From an archaeon (GTDB lineage Archaea; Iainarchaeota; Iainarchaeia; Iainarchaeales; CSSED10-239), in assembly GCA_035387745.1 (NCBI GenBank), contig DAOOON010000014.1, forward strand, positions 4,200-18,192: a stretch of DNA of 13,993 nt, given 5' to 3'. A program made the translations under genes and the position numbers. Below, one piece after another: positions 13,742 through 13,993 of the stretch. Position 1 is the stretch's first letter. The number at the start of each line of letters is the position of its first letter. Under the pieces are notes generated by a model that saw nothing but the letters and a program-made list of their open reading frames with translations, was not told where the DNA came from and did no database searches.

Positions 13742-13752
13742 CCCCCCCCCCC
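13742..13752. repeat. C11 homopolymer (G11 on the minus strand) in an intergenic or promoter region
   Basis: ...tttataaaatcgCCCCCCCCCCCatagatataataac... is flanked on both sides by TATA-like A/T boxes. It ends 54 nt upstream of the ATG at 13807. Confidence 0.9.
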
Positions 13753-13806
13753 ATAGATATAATAACATTAAATAATTAAAAACAAAAATTAATGGAGGAA
13801 ATTAAA

Positions 13807-13993
13807 ATGACAAAGAAAAGCAATAGTGCACTAATTATTTGGGCAGTAGTAGCTCTAATAGTTGGTATATTTTTAGGATTATTAATAACAAATCTAACAA
13901 CAACAGGGGATGCAAAATCTGCTACAGAAGTGGCTCCCAGAATTACATTAAATCATAATGCAAATTTAATATTAACTCAAAAGATGTACAATT
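13807..13993 (+). CDS. 5' part of a paralog of the 971..1546 surface or pilin-like protein, truncated by the right window edge
   Basis: This ORF is not in the ORF track because it has no stop inside the window. Translation is MTKKSNSALIIWAVVALIVGIFLGLLITNLTTTGDAKSATEVAPRITLNHNANLILTQKMYN. The ribosome-binding site and leader GGAGGAAATTAAAATG are identical to those of the gene at 971. The N-terminal hydrophobic segment is near-identical; the sequence then diverges. Confidence 0.8.
   Translation, partial: MTKKSNSALIIWAVVALIVGIFLGLLITNLTTTGDAKSATEVAPRITLNHNANLILTQKMYN

Noticed and set aside
9241-13806. Integrated element using tRNA-Gly as its attachment site (the tRNA is followed by a run of poorly characterised genes)
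   Set aside because: I searched by eye for a direct repeat of the tRNA 3' half (…GGTTCGAATCCCGGTAGTTGCA) downstream, especially in the 254-nt gap, and found none. No integrase gene is present, and composition does not visibly shift at the tRNA.
1-13993. CRISPR array, rRNA genes or long tandem repeats
   Set aside because: Nothing of the sort is visible. There are no regularly spaced direct repeats of 24-40 nt and no rRNA-like conserved blocks. The only repeats are the IS duplication and inverted repeats, the paralog leader, and the homopolymers.

Overview
The window is very AT-rich (roughly 70% A+T by eye, not computed) and tightly packed. It is clearly archaeal: it carries an HMf-type histone, the KEOPS subunit Pcc1 and prefoldin beta, the last two in the classic archaeal arrangement with ATGA start/stop overlaps. 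Low GC, short spacers, convergent genes that overlap, and strong GGAGG/GGGGG ribosome-binding sites suggest a small-genome, possibly DPANN-like archaeon; that is inference.

Most genes are housekeeping or generic:
- a CPA2/Kef-type antiporter with an RCK domain
- a MurG-like GT-B glycosyltransferase
- a P-loop NMP kinase
- a PHP phosphoesterase
- a UPF0173 metallo-beta-lactamase-fold hydrolase
- tRNA-Gly(CCC)
- DUF1015-like and DUF4349-like proteins
- a COG1373-type AAA+ ATPase with a C-terminal PD-(D/E)xK-like motif

Observations worth a second look:
1. An intact 999-bp IS4/IS5-type insertion sequence with imperfect terminal inverted repeats and a perfect 9-bp target-site duplication sits 39 nt upstream of the antiporter gene.
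2. Two paralogous genes, at 971 and at 13807 (the second truncated by the window edge), encode small membrane-anchored, possibly pilin-like proteins. They share an identical ribosome-binding site and leader and a near-identical N-terminal hydrophobic segment at the nucleotide level, but their downstream sequences diverge.
3. A C11 homopolymer, very unusual in this composition, lies in the promoter region of the second paralog. It is a candidate slipped-strand phase-variation switch.
4. A small, very basic protein with internal G-[FY]-[ST]-x-x-E-L-like repeats lies upstream of the AAA+/nuclease gene. Interlocking palindromes lie between the two genes.
5. An uncharacterised winged-helix protein is joined to the metallo-beta-lactamase-fold hydrolase by a TAAATG junction.

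I found no CRISPR array, rRNA or recognisable defence operon. All family assignments come from motif recognition by eye and need HMM or BLAST confirmation.
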